DNA from: the human T2T-CHM13v2.0 reference genome, Homo sapiens
Direction: 5' to 3' (one strand)
Length of the DNA: 64,000 nt
Assembly: GCF_009914755.1 (NCBI RefSeq)
Contig: NC_060928.1
Shown here: positions 46,865 through 63,190 of the stretch, in pieces
How positions within the stretch are numbered: the stretch's first letter is position 1
Layout of the letters: each line of letters begins with the position of its first letter
Translations under genes and position numbers: made by a program
The notes under the pieces: model-generated
Told to the model about the DNA's origin: nothing
What the model saw: only the letters and a program-made list of their open reading frames with translations
The model's database searches: none

Positions 46865-47229
46865 ACTATTTACAAGTTAGTCTCAGTTTCCTGACTCAGT
46901 CTTTCTTCATAGAAATAATCTATTGCCCCTCAAGAGAATTCCTTTTTTTCCACCACTCTCACAACCTGTTTTACCATAATTCAAGCCACCCATTATTTCT
47001 GTAACTTCAAGTTGCTAGATAAGCTTCTATAACTCATCGAGAATTTGGGTCTTCATTCTGAAGGCTCTCACGTATAAATGTTAAATAAATGTATATGCCT
47101 TTTCTCCTACTTAAAAAACAAAACAAAAACCAGTACCTATCATTTGACCTCTTCTTTTTAATATAGACAAAATGTTGGACAAGAATGAAAATTATTTTAA
47201 ATATTAGTTTTGGGTTCTCTTTTAATGAG

Positions 47230-47420
47230 AAACAACATTGTGTAGTATATAAAATTTAAAGAGGACCAGCAGCCTCAGTTTAAGACCTACTTCAACACTG
47301 ATAAATTTTGACCTTGGGTAATCTTATTTTAACTTCTCTGTGCCATTATTTTCCTTGGTGAGAAACAAACAGCAAACAACAAACAAAAACTTATGATGGG
47401 GTCTACCTGAAGTGTTGTTT
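47230..47420 (+). mobile_element. MIR fragment
   Basis: ttttgaccttgggtaatcttattttaacttctctgtgccattattttcctt is MIR-core-like and continues past the duplicated segment. Confidence 0.55.
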
Positions 47421-47471
47421 ATATAACCCTAAACAACATACTCAGAACTGAGACTGGTATCACTATAAAAT

Positions 47472-47479
47472 GTGTGTGT

Positions 47480-47512
<33 letters not shown>
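47472..47512. repeat. (TG)n microsatellite
   Basis: About 20 TG units with one TA interruption. Confidence 0.9.
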
Positions 47513-47515
<3 letters not shown>

Positions 47516-49017
47516 ACATATATTTCCAAACTCTTTTGAACTTTTGTAATTTTGATCTTATTTAGGATAACTTTATTTTATTAATAACCTAAATGTAATA
47601 GACTATTATTTTCATAATCAATTGTGTCAGATTTTCTAGGATTATCTACATATAAAATATTATTTTCTATTGCTCCCGCTATTGTTACCATTACATTCAC
47701 ACCTATAAGATTTGTAAGTCTTGATTATTACACATACCAATGCTATTTTGGAATAAAAATTAAAATTCACTCAGGAAAACTAATGTTTAGTCTTTACAAT
47801 ACTGTAGCACTACGTGTCTTGTCTACTACAATTTATAAAAGTTAACATTTGTTTTCATAATATATAGAAGCAGCCAACACATGTTATTTTTAAGAACTTT
47901 CATGTAAAACCAAAAGAGCTCTGCCTATCATAATTCTAGTGTCTAAGAAAGGATTACTGGCATGAAATAAACTCGAACAGCTTGCTCCATTGAGTATTTA
48001 AGAATGTCTATCATAACACCTATACGAGTTAAATATGACTAGGGAAAGAAAATCTCTCAGATAGTTTTTAGGATAAACAAGAAGCAGAGCTCTCAAATTG
48101 TCATGCTGAATGTTTTCCTGAGGGGACTTTAGTTTTGCTCAGGGCCTAACTGTCTGAAAACACCTTTTTTTCTGCACATAGGATGTCAAATTTAATATCA
48201 CTCTTCCTATGAGAAACCTAGACAGTGAACTAAATAAAAAATAGAGGGTATTGTGCTTAATTTGTAATATAAGACAACTAAAAGAACACTCAGATACTTT
48301 CCTGGGACTTCGAAGTCTGCATGCTTAGCAGGATCTCATATATAATATTAATTTAAATAAACATTTAAATCAAATCATCAATTATGAACATTTACTAAGC
48401 AGATACCTTGCTATTCTTTCTGTCTCTGATGAACATGTAGGAAGAAAAGTCTTTTCTGTAATTGAATACAATTATTATAATACATTCTCATGGAAATATA
48501 TGTTGTTCTTGTAACCACGTACTAAAAATATCCTTAGAAAGCATACACTAGAAAACATTCTAGCATGAATATTTATTTCTCATTGAGAATTATGTCTTTC
48601 CACTTCTGCTTCTAAGTTATGGTTTGAAAGACATTTTCTTACCTCTACTTGGGATTACCCTTGAGCACTCTGATATAACAGACATTGAAACAGAGTTGGA
48701 AAGCTACTTTTCACTAAGTCTTCCCACTTTATGAAAAAAGGCAAAATTCTATTTAACATGTAAGGAAACATTAAGCTAGGCTGGAAAATTAAACAGCAAA
48801 TTTATTTACTGTTTTATATGGTAAAGTATGTAAGAAATGCACTAACTACATGATTTAATTGCATTTAGAGATTTTTAAAACATTTTATGAGAAAAATGAC
48901 ACCTATAAATTGATGTAAACATTTGGAAAAATTATATAAATTATAAATACATAAACAAAAAATAAATTTCTGTTAACATACAACCTAGAAAAATTCTCAA
49001 AACATTTTCGTGTACAA

Positions 49018-49324
49018 ATTTTTATTTATTTATTTATTTATTTGAGACAGAGTCTTGTTCTGTCATCAGACTGGAGTGCAGTGGTGTGATCTCAGCTTCT
49101 GCAACCTCCTCTGCCTCCCGGGTTCAAACGATTCTCCTGCCTCAGCCTCGCGAGTAGCTAGGACTAGAGGTGCATGCCACCATGCCCAGCTAATTGTTGT
49201 ATTTTTAGTACAGATGGGGTTTCACCACGTTGGCCAGGATGGTTTCGATTTCTTGACCTCCTGATCTGCCTGCTTCGGCCTCCCAGAGTGCTGGGATTAC
49301 AGGCATGAACCACTGTGCATGGCC
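49018..49324 (-). mobile_element. AluSc-like
   Basis: (TTTA)n tail, ttggccaggatggtttcgat, and ends gcatggcc. Confidence 0.9.
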
Positions 49325-49929
49325 TATTGTTTTATTTCTCTATGACTAGAGATGGCTACAAGAAGAGCTAAGTTTCAAATGGTCATGCTAAAATTAGGTT
49401 GTTAGTATAACTAATGTTCTCTCCAAAAATAGTTTACTATCTTCTGCGTTGGTTTATCAAAATAGCACTTACAGTGAAAATTAATTGTTTAAATGAACCA
49501 AGTATAAAATGCATAGCATATGTAAACCTCAGCATGTAAGGAAATTTAATATAAATAAGTACATTTTTAAAAGCTGCCAACTTTTATTGAAAAACTGATA
49601 AGGGATATGACTATAAAGGATACTTTTCTTCTTGCTCATTGCAAATATGTAATAGAAGGATCAATTGCTCCTGTGAGGAATGTAACAATAAAACACTTTT
49701 GAGCTTTTATACTCCCTTGAGACTTGAGTAGGGACAACCTCAGATTGGTAGTTTTCAAGTGTTCTGCTTAAAACTCTTTCCTTTGTGAGTAAAATGAAAT
49801 CTTATTTTTAAAAAAAGGAACCTTAGAGAATAACAGACAGTTAAAATGTCAGAAGTAAAAATAGAATTAATGGGAGACTTTATAAATTTAGTAATTGTTT
49901 TCAATCCTTCACTACCTCTCCATTAATGT

Positions 49930-50324
49930 ATGATACATACACATTGTTTTGCCAGTTGGCTTTACAGTAAACCTCAATAGAGCAGGCATAGTATATATGA
50001 CCACACCATTGACCAAGTAACTTGCTTGGAAAATAAAAGATTAACAGATGTGTTATAAACAGAGGTTTCAAAATGGGTGTTGTTTGACTCAGTCACTTGG
50101 GCTTCTCCCACCTTCTGTGAAAAGAATATGCTCTAGCTAACTTTTGGTCCCTGGAATGAAGAATAACTTGAGTCTAGCTAAGATCAAATAAGTCCAGCAG
50201 AGATTAGTACGGTAGCCAACCAACAGATTGATAAGCAAGAAAAATACATATTTGTTGTTGTATGCCATTGAGCTTAAAGATCGTTTGTTATACAACATCA
50301 TCACAGTAATTGCTTGATAATACA
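49930..50324 (+). mobile_element. MLT1 (I/J-like) LTR
   Basis: 3' end tttgttgttgtatgccattgag...gtttgttatacaacatcatcacagtaattgcttgataataca is typical of MLT1. Confidence 0.6.
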
Positions 50325-50431
50325 GTTTGTAAGGCTTTGGGGAGTGAGTCAGACTCTGGATCCAGACTGCCTGTGTTTTAATTCTTAATACCCTATTTTT
50401 TAATTGAATAACATTGGTTAAGTTATCAGGA

Positions 50432-50730
50432 TTTATTTATTTTTATTTTTTTGAGATGGAGTCCCACTCTTTTGCCCAGGCTGGAGTGCGGTGGCTCTAT
50501 CTTGGCTCACCGCAACCTCCGCCTCCTGGGTTCAAGGGATTCTTCTGCCTCAGCCTCCCCAGTTGCTGAGATTACAGGCGTCCACCATGCCCAGTTAAGT
50601 TTTTGTATTTTCAGTAGAGAAAGGCTTTCACCATTTTGGGCAGGCTGGTCTCCAACTCCTGACCTTGTAATCTGCCCACCTCGGCCTCCCAAAGCGTTGG
50701 GATTACAGGCGTGAGCCATGGCACCCGGCC
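50432..50730 (-). mobile_element. AluS (inserted in a MIR)
   Basis: Antisense dimer ending gcacccggcc. Short TSD caggat. MIR 5' part at ~50325-50430. Confidence 0.9.
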
Positions 50731-50992
50731 TGCAGGATCTTCTTTTAAGCAAAGGAGATATAAATACACTTAAAACATCATTGTTAGAATTAGATAAACT
50801 GGGATATATAATGGGTTTAGGATAAACCTGGAATATAAGCATCTGAAATGTAAATAAGTTTCAATAGTTAATACAACCTAAAATTCTATATAATTTCACT
50901 TAGAATGATGGTCTTTATTTAAAAAAAGGATTACTAACTCACAGTGTCTGGACATAAATAACAAGGCTAACTGAAAGTTCATATATAATAAC

Positions 50993-51015
50993 TGTGTGTG
51001 TGTGTGTGTGTGTGT
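50993..51015. repeat. (TG)n microsatellite
   Basis: About 11 TG units. Confidence 0.85.
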
Positions 51016-51191
51016 ATAAATCCTAGATGTAGCTGATAAGTAATTGATTCATCTGCAATGGCTTGAAAAAGTTAATACATTTTGATATTTTTTGATCTTA
51101 CAATATATTATTGAGAAAATTAAATAGCATGGCCACATATGTTTCAATAGAGAAGGACTTCAAAATTTCCGAGTGGAAAAATGTCCAGATC

Positions 51192-51669
51192 TGTATTAGT
51201 TTCTTATTGCTGCTGTAATAAGTTGCCATGAGTTTAATAGCTTAACCAATATAATTTGTTATCTGAAAGTCTATATGTCAGAAGTCTGAAATGAGTCTCA
51301 CTGGACTAAAACCAAGGTATTCGTAGGGTTGAGCTCCTTCTGGAGGCTCTAGAAGAGAATTTGATTCCTTGTCTATTCCATCATTTAGAGATGGCACGTA
51401 TTCCTTGGCTTGTGGACTCATTTTTCCATCTTCAAAAACAGCAAACTGACAGCTCTTGTTTTTAATTCCAATACTGTCTTTCACTTTAAAGGACCCTGTG
51501 ACTACATTGAGATAATCTAGAATAACTTCTGTATTTTGCGATAAACTGATGAGCAAACTTAATTGCACATGCAACCATAATTCCCGTTTGCCTCTAGAAC
51601 ATTACACAGGTTCTAGAGAGTAGACATAAACATCTGCGGAAAAAGGGTGTAATTATTCTGCATACCACA
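51192..51669 (-). mobile_element. MLT1D-like solo LTR
   Basis: tgtattagtttcttattgctgctgtaa...ctccttctggaggctctag...ttccttggcttgtgg...attattctgcataccaca. Confidence 0.82.
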
Positions 51670-54600
51670 AATACTCCATTCCTGAGGATAAAATATATTG
51701 CCAGTTCTATTACAGTAAAAATCAGGGACTTATTGCCACAATAAAGTGTCCAGCATGCCACAATATAAAATTTTTGAGTGTTGCTATCTATGTCAATCTT
51801 CACTAAGGAACTTTAGATATTTTCATACGTATTATGTTTGACTGTGCATGGGAATGTGTCAGTATGCAAATATGCACCTACTTAAAATAACACATATTAT
51901 ATTGTATACATTATATTACATTATATATTGTGTGTGTATCTACTATTTAGAAACCATTCTCAACAACAAAGGTGTTTTAAAATTGTATAAGAATTAAAAA
52001 AAAATCAGTACACATCTATTCTTTATCATGGCTGTTCTATTATGCACATCTTATTTTTAATTAATCATTTTTTGCTCTCATACGCTAATATTATCTATGA
52101 CACAGTGCAGTAATAATGAACTCTTTTATATGAAACAAGGTAAAATTCCATAGAATAAGTTTTGTCTAATTGTGGCATTTAGAGTAACACATATGTACTT
52201 CAATTTAAATGTGAAATCTATCATGAACCCAAATTTTTATTCTTTGTATTTTCCTAAAATTAGCAAAGTTTGTATTCTCACATTTCTTCAGCTTTTCCTC
52301 CTAAATTCTGGAGAAAACTCTTATTTTATAGAGCAAGACATGAAATACTTTGTAATTTATGTTTAGGACGTAGTTAAATATGATGCATTTTAGTATGATA
52401 CAATTAGTTAAATGTGATACAATAGCATGATACAATTATCTTTATAGATATGATCTGCTATCAGTCAATAGACAAAGAATCAAGGAAAAAACCTTAATGC
52501 AAAACATAATCTTATTAATTTCAATCTCTTATTCTTCTTTTTGGAAATGTATTACGGGGAAGAAGTTGTTAAGAAATGCTGGGAGATCAATTAATATGAA
52601 AATCACGACTTGATGGTTGAACTCTGGGCATCATTTGACAGTGATCAAGATTGTATATTACAAAAGCCTCCTTTTCCACCCTCATTTAGATATTTTACAA
52701 TTCGGCATGCTAACTATTAGATTTAATATGACATCAGTTGTGTCATTTAACTCTTAAATGCTGAAAGGACAACTGACTAAAAATTATTTATTGATGTGAC
52801 ATTCTAAACAATCCAAGGATAAATCTGCTGACAGAGGGACTTTGCTAAAGAAAATTAACAATTTCAGCTGTGTAACCTTCCAATAGAAGAGACGAAGATA
52901 CATTGCTGTAGACTCTGAAGAACGTCACAAAATGCCATTTATACTGAGCTTCTAAAAGCCCGTACGCCTGCAAACAGCAAAAACAAAATGATTTAAAAAG
53001 GATGGTAAAACCACTAAAGGGCATAATAAAGTACCTTTTAGTGTCTAGGCTGGCAAAATTGGTACCATTATTGCAAATTTCTAACCATGAGATTGTTCTA
53101 CTGATTTCTTTTTTGTAAAAGAAATAGGATAAATTTTAGGGAGGATGGCTACCAGACAAAATTAAGCACTAAGATGGTTTGTCTTCAGGTTGCAAAATGA
53201 CGGACCGTTTTAAAAAATATTATAGTTCCTCAAATAGTTCTAAAATATCAAAACATTAGAATCCTTTCTGTAACCTGGAACACATTATCGTTATCTTGTT
53301 TATGTATTTGTTTCCCTTCAATTTAAGACACTCTAAGGAAGAGTTTTCTTCCCCTGTTCTCAGCTAGTTCTGATCTATCGTGTTATTTTCAAGTGTTCTG
53401 AATTCTACAGGGCTTACATTTATGACTTTAATTTTCATTGTCATGTTCTTTCCAAGTGCCAATAAAAACTAACTTTAAAAACATAAAAGCAGGAAGCAGT
53501 TGACTATGTAACTTTATTTGGCCTATAAACAAGCAAGTTTCTAATAATTGCTCATTTTCCAACTTGAAAATAATAATAGAAACTGTTATAGTGGCAAGGC
53601 ATTTATTCTAGCTCCTAATTAAATTCAAAATGCATTTTAATTCTAAATGTATCTAAAGGAAATTTAAACTTTAAAAACTGTGGTTGCATACTAACCATAT
53701 TTATTCTAATGAAAAGTGCCTAGATAAAACAGAATTTAAAATATAGCATATATGAAAAGGAATATAAACAATACAAACTAATTATCTCTTACTCTCTTGG
53801 GCAACCTGAAGTTAATTATAGTTAAAACTACTCTCCTTTGTATATTATTTTGAGAACCAGAAAACACAATCACTTGCCATTGATTATTTTTTAATTTAAA
53901 ATGGTTTGCTAGATGATATGATTTGAAAATTATAATGAGTAATAATACAAGCAAATGAAAAGCTCTGAAGCATAAACATATTTATGTAAATGTTAAATGT
54001 GCATAGTCATGACATTACCTAGATGTAGAGTTGGAAGAAGGATGCATTTCATACCCAAAAAGATTTAATTAAATGTGTTTGTCTGGAAAATATATTTCTA
54101 AATTAATCATTCCAATGCCATGCCCACCTTGCAGTTTTGAGAAATATATAATCAATAAAAGTTTAAAGTTTTGCATGATTTATGTTACAATATTCAACAC
54201 ACTTTTTTCCATCACTCACTTATTTCAGTCAAAGTCTAGAACTACTCATTCCATCTCCAACTTAGCAAACCACCTCCATGTATAAGACAGAAGTAGTTCT
54301 TAAACAAAATTAAGTACACTTTATCCAAAAATATGCCCCCTTTTCCCTCAATTAATGCTTTAAATTTCTTTTTAGAATAAAATACCCAGATGAATTGACA
54401 TGTTTAAGGTAAAGCCATATTAGAAAAGTATGTTGATTCTCCTGGAACACTTTCTTGCTGAAAGATGTAATTTATATGTCTATCAGCACTTATCCAAATA
54501 TTCCCAGTTATTAGTTTCCTTGTCAGAGAGCAGCTATATAAAGTGGCATCAATTCTATAACATAAAAATGTCTTTCCAAACTTTCAGGCTTTTACCCCCA

Positions 54601-54689
54601 GTATCACACACACAAAAAAAGTGTTATTAGAAAGATAGAATCCCTCTGTCTCTGGATATTAAAAACTATGTTATTAAATAAGAGACTGC

Positions 54690-57130
<2,441 letters not shown>

Positions 57131-57239
57131 CATAGGTCACATAACAATATGATATAATTTATGCGTATATCATATAATTTGTACATCTGCCTCTTATTTA
57201 TAGGTTTAATCAGTTTGTTATTTCACAGGTCATCTCAAT

Positions 57240-57365
57240 TTAATTCACTCAATTAAACAAATAGCTCTGAGTAACCATTTATGTGTGATGCTGAGCTACT
57301 ACTGGAGATAAACCAGTGAATAAGACAATAATCTTGTCTTGAAGAAACTTATGGTCCAGAAGAAC
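57240..57365 (-). mobile_element. L2 3' end
   Basis: attcactcaattaaacaaata...actggagataaaccagtgaataagaca...cttgaagaaacttatggtccag. Confidence 0.6.
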
Positions 57366-57593
57366 TTAGGTAAATGCAGTAATGCACCACATAATGATGT
57401 TTTGGTGATTAACAGACCATATAAATGATGGTGGTCCCATAAGATTGTAATAGAGATGAAAAATTTCTGGCCCCTAGTGATGACATCATAGCCATCATAA
57501 TATCATCATAGTGCAATACATTATCACACATTTGTAATGATGCTGGTGTAAACAAACCTACTGTGCTGCCAGTTGTATAAAAGTATAGCACAT

Positions 57594-57893
57594 AGTCAGG
57601 CATGGTGGTTCACGCCTGTAATCCCAGCACTTTAGGAGGCTGAGGCGGGCAGATCACCTGAGGTTAGGAGTTCGAGACCAGCCTGGCCAACATGGTGAAA
57701 TCTGGTCTGTATTAAAAATACAAAAAGAAAAACAAATTAGTCAGGCCAGGTGGCGGGCATCTGTAATCCCAGCTACTCAAGAGGCTGAGGCAGGAGAATT
57801 GCTTGAACCTGGGAGGCGGAGGTTGCAGTGAGTCGAGATCGCACCATTGCAACTCCAGCCTGGGCGACAAGAGCAAAACTCCATCACAAAAAA
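57594..57893 (+). mobile_element. AluSq-like
   Basis: Dimer with ggcgacaagagcaaaactcc. TSD agtat(a/g)gcacata. Confidence 0.92.
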
Positions 57894-58322
57894 AGAGTAT
57901 GGCACATAAAATTATGTACTGTTGGTATTGATAATAAATGACAATGTTGCTGGTTTACTTACTTGTGATGCAATGCTTTTTAATTGTTTTTTTTTAGTAT
58001 ACTCCTAATTATTTTTTAAAGAAAATATTATAGTAATAGACCCTCAGGCAGGTCATTCAGGAGGCATTCCAAAAGAAGGAGAAGACAGCTCCATGGGTGT
58101 TACTGCCAGTGGGGCAAGTAGACCTTCCAGTGGAGTGAGATGTGGAGGTGAAGACAGTGATATTGATGATCCTGACCCTGTGGAGGCCTAAGCTAATGTG
58201 TCTTAGTTTTAACAAAAAAGTAAAAAAACAAGATTAAAAATAGAAAAAAACTTACAGAATAAGGATATAAAGGGAGAAAATCTTTTTGTATAGCTGTACA
58301 ATATACAATGTGATTATGTTTT

Positions 58323-59463
<1,141 letters not shown>

Positions 59464-59814
59464 TTAATTTATTATTGAAGAAAGGAAAAACTATTGTTCA
59501 TTAATTTAATACAAACTAAGTGTCCAGTGTTTTAAAGTCTGCAGTAGTGCACAGTGATGTCCTAGGCCTTCACACTTACTCTCCACTTACTCACTGACAT
59601 ATCCACAGCAACTTCTAGTCCTACAAGCTCTATTCACAGAAAGTGCCCTATACAAGTTTACCATTTTCAATCTTTTATACCATATTTTTACTGTACCTTT
59701 TCTGTTTAGATATGTTTGGATGCACAAATACTTCCCTCTGTGTTACAATTGCCTACAGTATTGAGTACAGTAACATGCTGTACCGATTTGCAGCCTAGGA
59801 GCAATAGGCTATAC

Positions 59815-60677
59815 CAGGGGTCCCCAGTCCCTGGGCCAGGAACTGTTCCATGGCCTGTTAGAAACTGGGCCACACAGCAGGAAGTGAGAGAGCGGCAGGT
59901 GAGTGAGCAAAAGTTCAACTTTATGCCTGCTCCCCACTGCTTGCATTACCGCCTTAAAGTCTGTCTCCTATCAGATCAGCAGCAGAATTAGATTCTCATA
60001 GGAGTGTGAACCCTGTTGTGATTTGTATGTGTGAGGGAGATTGCAGATTCCTCATAAGGATCTAATGCCTGAGTATCTGTCACTGTCTCCCATCACCCCC
60101 AGATGGGACCATCTAGTTATGGGAAAACAAGCTCAGGGCTTCCACTGAACCTACATTATGGTGAGTTACATAATTATCTCATTATATATTGCAAGTGTAT
60201 TCCTCTGTCTTCAAGCTGCTAATAAAGATATAACCAAGACTGGGCAATTTACAAAAGAAAGAGGTTTAATGGACTTACATTTCCACGTGGTTAGGGAGGT
60301 CTCACAATCATCGCAGAAGGCGAAAGGCACATCTCACACGGTGGCAGACGAGAGGAGAGAATGAGAACCAAAAGAAAGAGGTTTCCCCTTATAAAACCAT
60401 CAGATCTTATGATACTTATTCACTATTACAAGAATGGTATGGGGGGAACTTCTCCCATGATTCAATTATCTCCCACTGCATCCCTCCCACAACAGGAGAG
60501 AATTATGGTAGCTACAATTCAAGATGAGATTTGGGTGTGGACACAGCCAATCAATGAGGTAATAATAAAAATAAAGTGCATAATAAATGTAATGTGTTTA
60601 ATTATCCCAAAACAATCTCCCCCGCTCCAGTCTGTAGAAAAATTGTCTTCCATGAACCCCATCCCTGGTGGGGACCA
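59815..60677 (+). mobile_element. MER1A (hAT-Charlie), interrupted by a THE1 LTR
   Basis: caggggtcccca...ggcctgttagaaactgggccacacagcagga...ttagattctcatagga...cccagatgggaccatctagtt...gaaaaattgtcttccatgaa. Confidence 0.85.
60196..60553 (-). mobile_element. THE1 (B/C-like) solo LTR
   Basis: gctgctaataaagatataaccaagactgggcaatttacaaaagaaagaggtttaatggacttaca...ctacaattcaagatgagatttgggtgtggacacagccaa. Confidence 0.87.
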
Positions 60678-61229
60678 TATATTCTTGTCAAGGGAAAAGG
60701 GAAAAGGAGAGAAATTGAGACTTTTCTGTGGTTCTTATACATGGGAATCCATATGACACTATACTAGGTCCCCTTTGAGAAAAAATTAAATGATGACATC
60801 TGGAGGTTTTGGGACGAACATGCGACCCGTATTTACTGCCTTGTGGTCCTTATCTGCCAGCAGGTGGAGCCCTTTAAGCCATTTCAGGTGACAATGACCA
60901 TGTGTTCCCACTGCTGAGTGCATTATCAGCATTGACATTTTGGCTACTGGTGGCACAGAACATCACTGCCGCCTGAATGCCCCCTAACAAGTAAGAATTT
61001 GAGTCGTAACAGCAGGGAAAAAATCCACTCCTGTCTTCTATCTAAATTACTCAAAGGGTTATTCAACAAAAGTAGTACTGCATATTAAGTGGAGAAAAAG
61101 ACATTACTTTGTTAACTCGGGACTCGATACAAATTACTCTGTCATAGCATAACAGCACACTTTGGCTAGTCAAAAAGGTCTTCAGGTCGTGGAGACTGAC
61201 AATGGATTGTTTCAGACTGAATGCCAAGG

Positions 61230-61710
61230 CTATGTGGATGGGAAGCCAAAAATCTTCCAGATACAATCAAATAAAATGTTTAACTATGGCTAACTCTGGC
61301 AGCATTCACTAATAAAAGGGAGGTCCTACAGCTGGAAAGCCCCTTTGGGTACTGGCCCCAGCATATACTTCACTTGAGTGTTCCTTTTGTCCCTTTTGTC
61401 AGGATTACCAGCAACACCACCAACTTTGGATGAGGCTCTTTGCAGCAGCATGTCTTGAAAGCATTCAACAAGTCGTGGTTCCAGTACTACCTTTAAAATT
61501 TTAGAGGCTGCTAACCCAATAAAATTACAGATGTCTGCAATCTCCATGCCTGCAGGTTAGAGTCTGTGGCAACACAAAACTTCCAGTGGGGTGCACAAGC
61601 CTCTTGAATTTAAACACATAAATTGCCTGAGGCAGCCAGAAGATATACCCCTTTTGAAAATTAACTCCTTGCTCACTGCTGGACACTGGTGGAGATTGAG
61701 CATCTATGGC
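61230..61710 (+). mobile_element. ERVL-class pol remnant (RT thumb/connection region), disrupted
   Basis: Manual translation gives AAFTNKREVLQLESPFGYWPQHILHLSV (cf. ERVL PPTTKKEAQRLVGLFGYWRQHIPHLGV) and LPEAARRYTPFEN*LLAHCWTLVEIEHL (cf. YTPFEKQLLACYWALVETERL). Confidence 0.7.
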
Positions 61711-61749
61711 TGGAGTGTCATATGCAATACGTGTGACAAACTCTATTTA

Positions 61750-61920
61750 CACTGGGAATGTTTCTGGAGCCTTGGGGGACCAGCTCACAATGGATCCTAA
61801 GATGATTTTGTCCCTTACAGCCCTATCTGTAAGAAATAAACAGGCTTCATATAACTTGTTGCATGTGAGTGTGTCTGTCTCACTGAACTCAGACAAGCCA
61901 GAAACCAGGACATAGTAAAC
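61750..61920 (+). mobile_element. ERVL LTR 3' part (MER74/MER54/LTR53-like)
   Basis: gagccttgggggaccagctcacaatggatcctaag...tgtccctt...cctatctgtaagaaataaacaggcttcatataacttg...ctgtctcactgaactcagacaag. Confidence 0.5.
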
Positions 61921-61945
61921 CTATTTTGCAGTGGATCAAAATGTG

Positions 61946-62290
61946 TGTTATAGACTGAATGCTTAGGTCTCTCCCAAATTCTTATGTTGAAATCCTAACA
62001 CTCAATGGGATGTATTTGGAGGCAGGGCTTTTGGAATGTGATTAGATCAGTCTAGTGCCCTTATAAAAGAAACTCCAGAGAGTTTCCCTGCTGCTCCCAC
62101 TCTGTGAGGACACAGCGAAAAAAAGATGGCCTTTAGGGACCAGGAAGCTGGCCTTCAGCAGATAATCAATCTGCTAGCACCTTGATCTTGGACTTCCCAG
62201 CCTCCCAGAAGTTTGAGAAATAAGTTTCTTTTGTTTATAATTGACTCAGACAATGGTATTCTGTTACTGCAGCCTGAATAAACAAACACA
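61946..62290 (+). mobile_element. MLT1A/A0-like LTR
   Basis: tgttatagactgaatg...aaattcttatgttgaaatcctaac...tagtgcccttataaaaga...caccttgatcttggacttcccagcctcc. Confidence 0.82.
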
Positions 62291-63190
62291 ATGAATTGAG
62301 TCTGAATTCAGGATACAAAAAAAATGTGAAAAGTTTGTATGCAGGAGAATTTGTGTCTGAAGTAAGATAAGAATATTTGATAAAAAGAAAAGCAGCCATA
62401 TTCAAGAGTTGGAGGAAATATCAATAGGATAAGGTTATTCATTTCATGATTGATGGATAAATATGCTCACAATGGGATGTAACTAATTAAGATCTTCTGG
62501 CTTCTGGCATGATGTTACTTATTGAATTAGAGAAAATAGAAGTTGGAATTAAGTTTTGGATGTATTAAGAAGAATTACATATTAGTACTGTGGAAGTGCT
62601 AAGCAGAATTTTATAGCTTCTCTGAAACTCAGAAATTGATCTTGACTGAAAATAAATATGCACCAGAAATGGGTACACCAAGGGCATAGAGAACAACGTA
62701 AAAACTTACCACAATATGTTATGTTGTAAAGCAATATTTTTGACATGCTCAAAATCAACATTATAAATGCATGTAACTGAAATAGTTTGCGTCTAAATTT
62801 AATACTGTATTACTCATTCCTCTGTCCTTAAATCATTGAAAATATCAAAGATTACCAAAACACAGCTTTTAAAATGTAGCAGTATAAAATTATTCCTAAC
62901 TATTTGCAGTTGTACTGCTGGAGACATTAAATATCACCAGCGAATGTTATTTACTACTATCAGCCCTGAAATATGCTAGCTTTACCACCCACACTGTACC
63001 ATTCCAACCAGCATCCATGTTATCTCTTAAACTCTAGTTCAGGATGATCTACTATGACTGTGATGTGGATTTGTTTATTTTTACATATAATAGCTTCCAG
63101 GGCAAATCAATGGAAGTGCAGGATTTTTTTTCTTTCTATCCTGTGAGATGAGAATTAAAATGAACAAGGCTACTGACTAGATATACTTGG

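Larger units (their letters stand above)
43734..47110 (+). mobile_element. MER39-like LTR (ERV1) in three pieces (43734-43885, 46175-46317, 46865-47110), 3'-truncated, preceded by a polypurine tract
   Basis: Start aaaaggggaa|tgttggggctcagaaac; ggatcatttaaattcc...actatttacaagtt continuity across the inserts; stops abruptly after ttaaataaatgtatatgccttttctcctac. Confidence 0.7.

Noticed and set aside
60690-61230. Possible retroviral gag/env sequence upstream of the ERVL pol remnant
   Set aside because: I could not recover convincing protein motifs in either orientation by eye, so it is left unassigned pending a Dfam/tblastn search.
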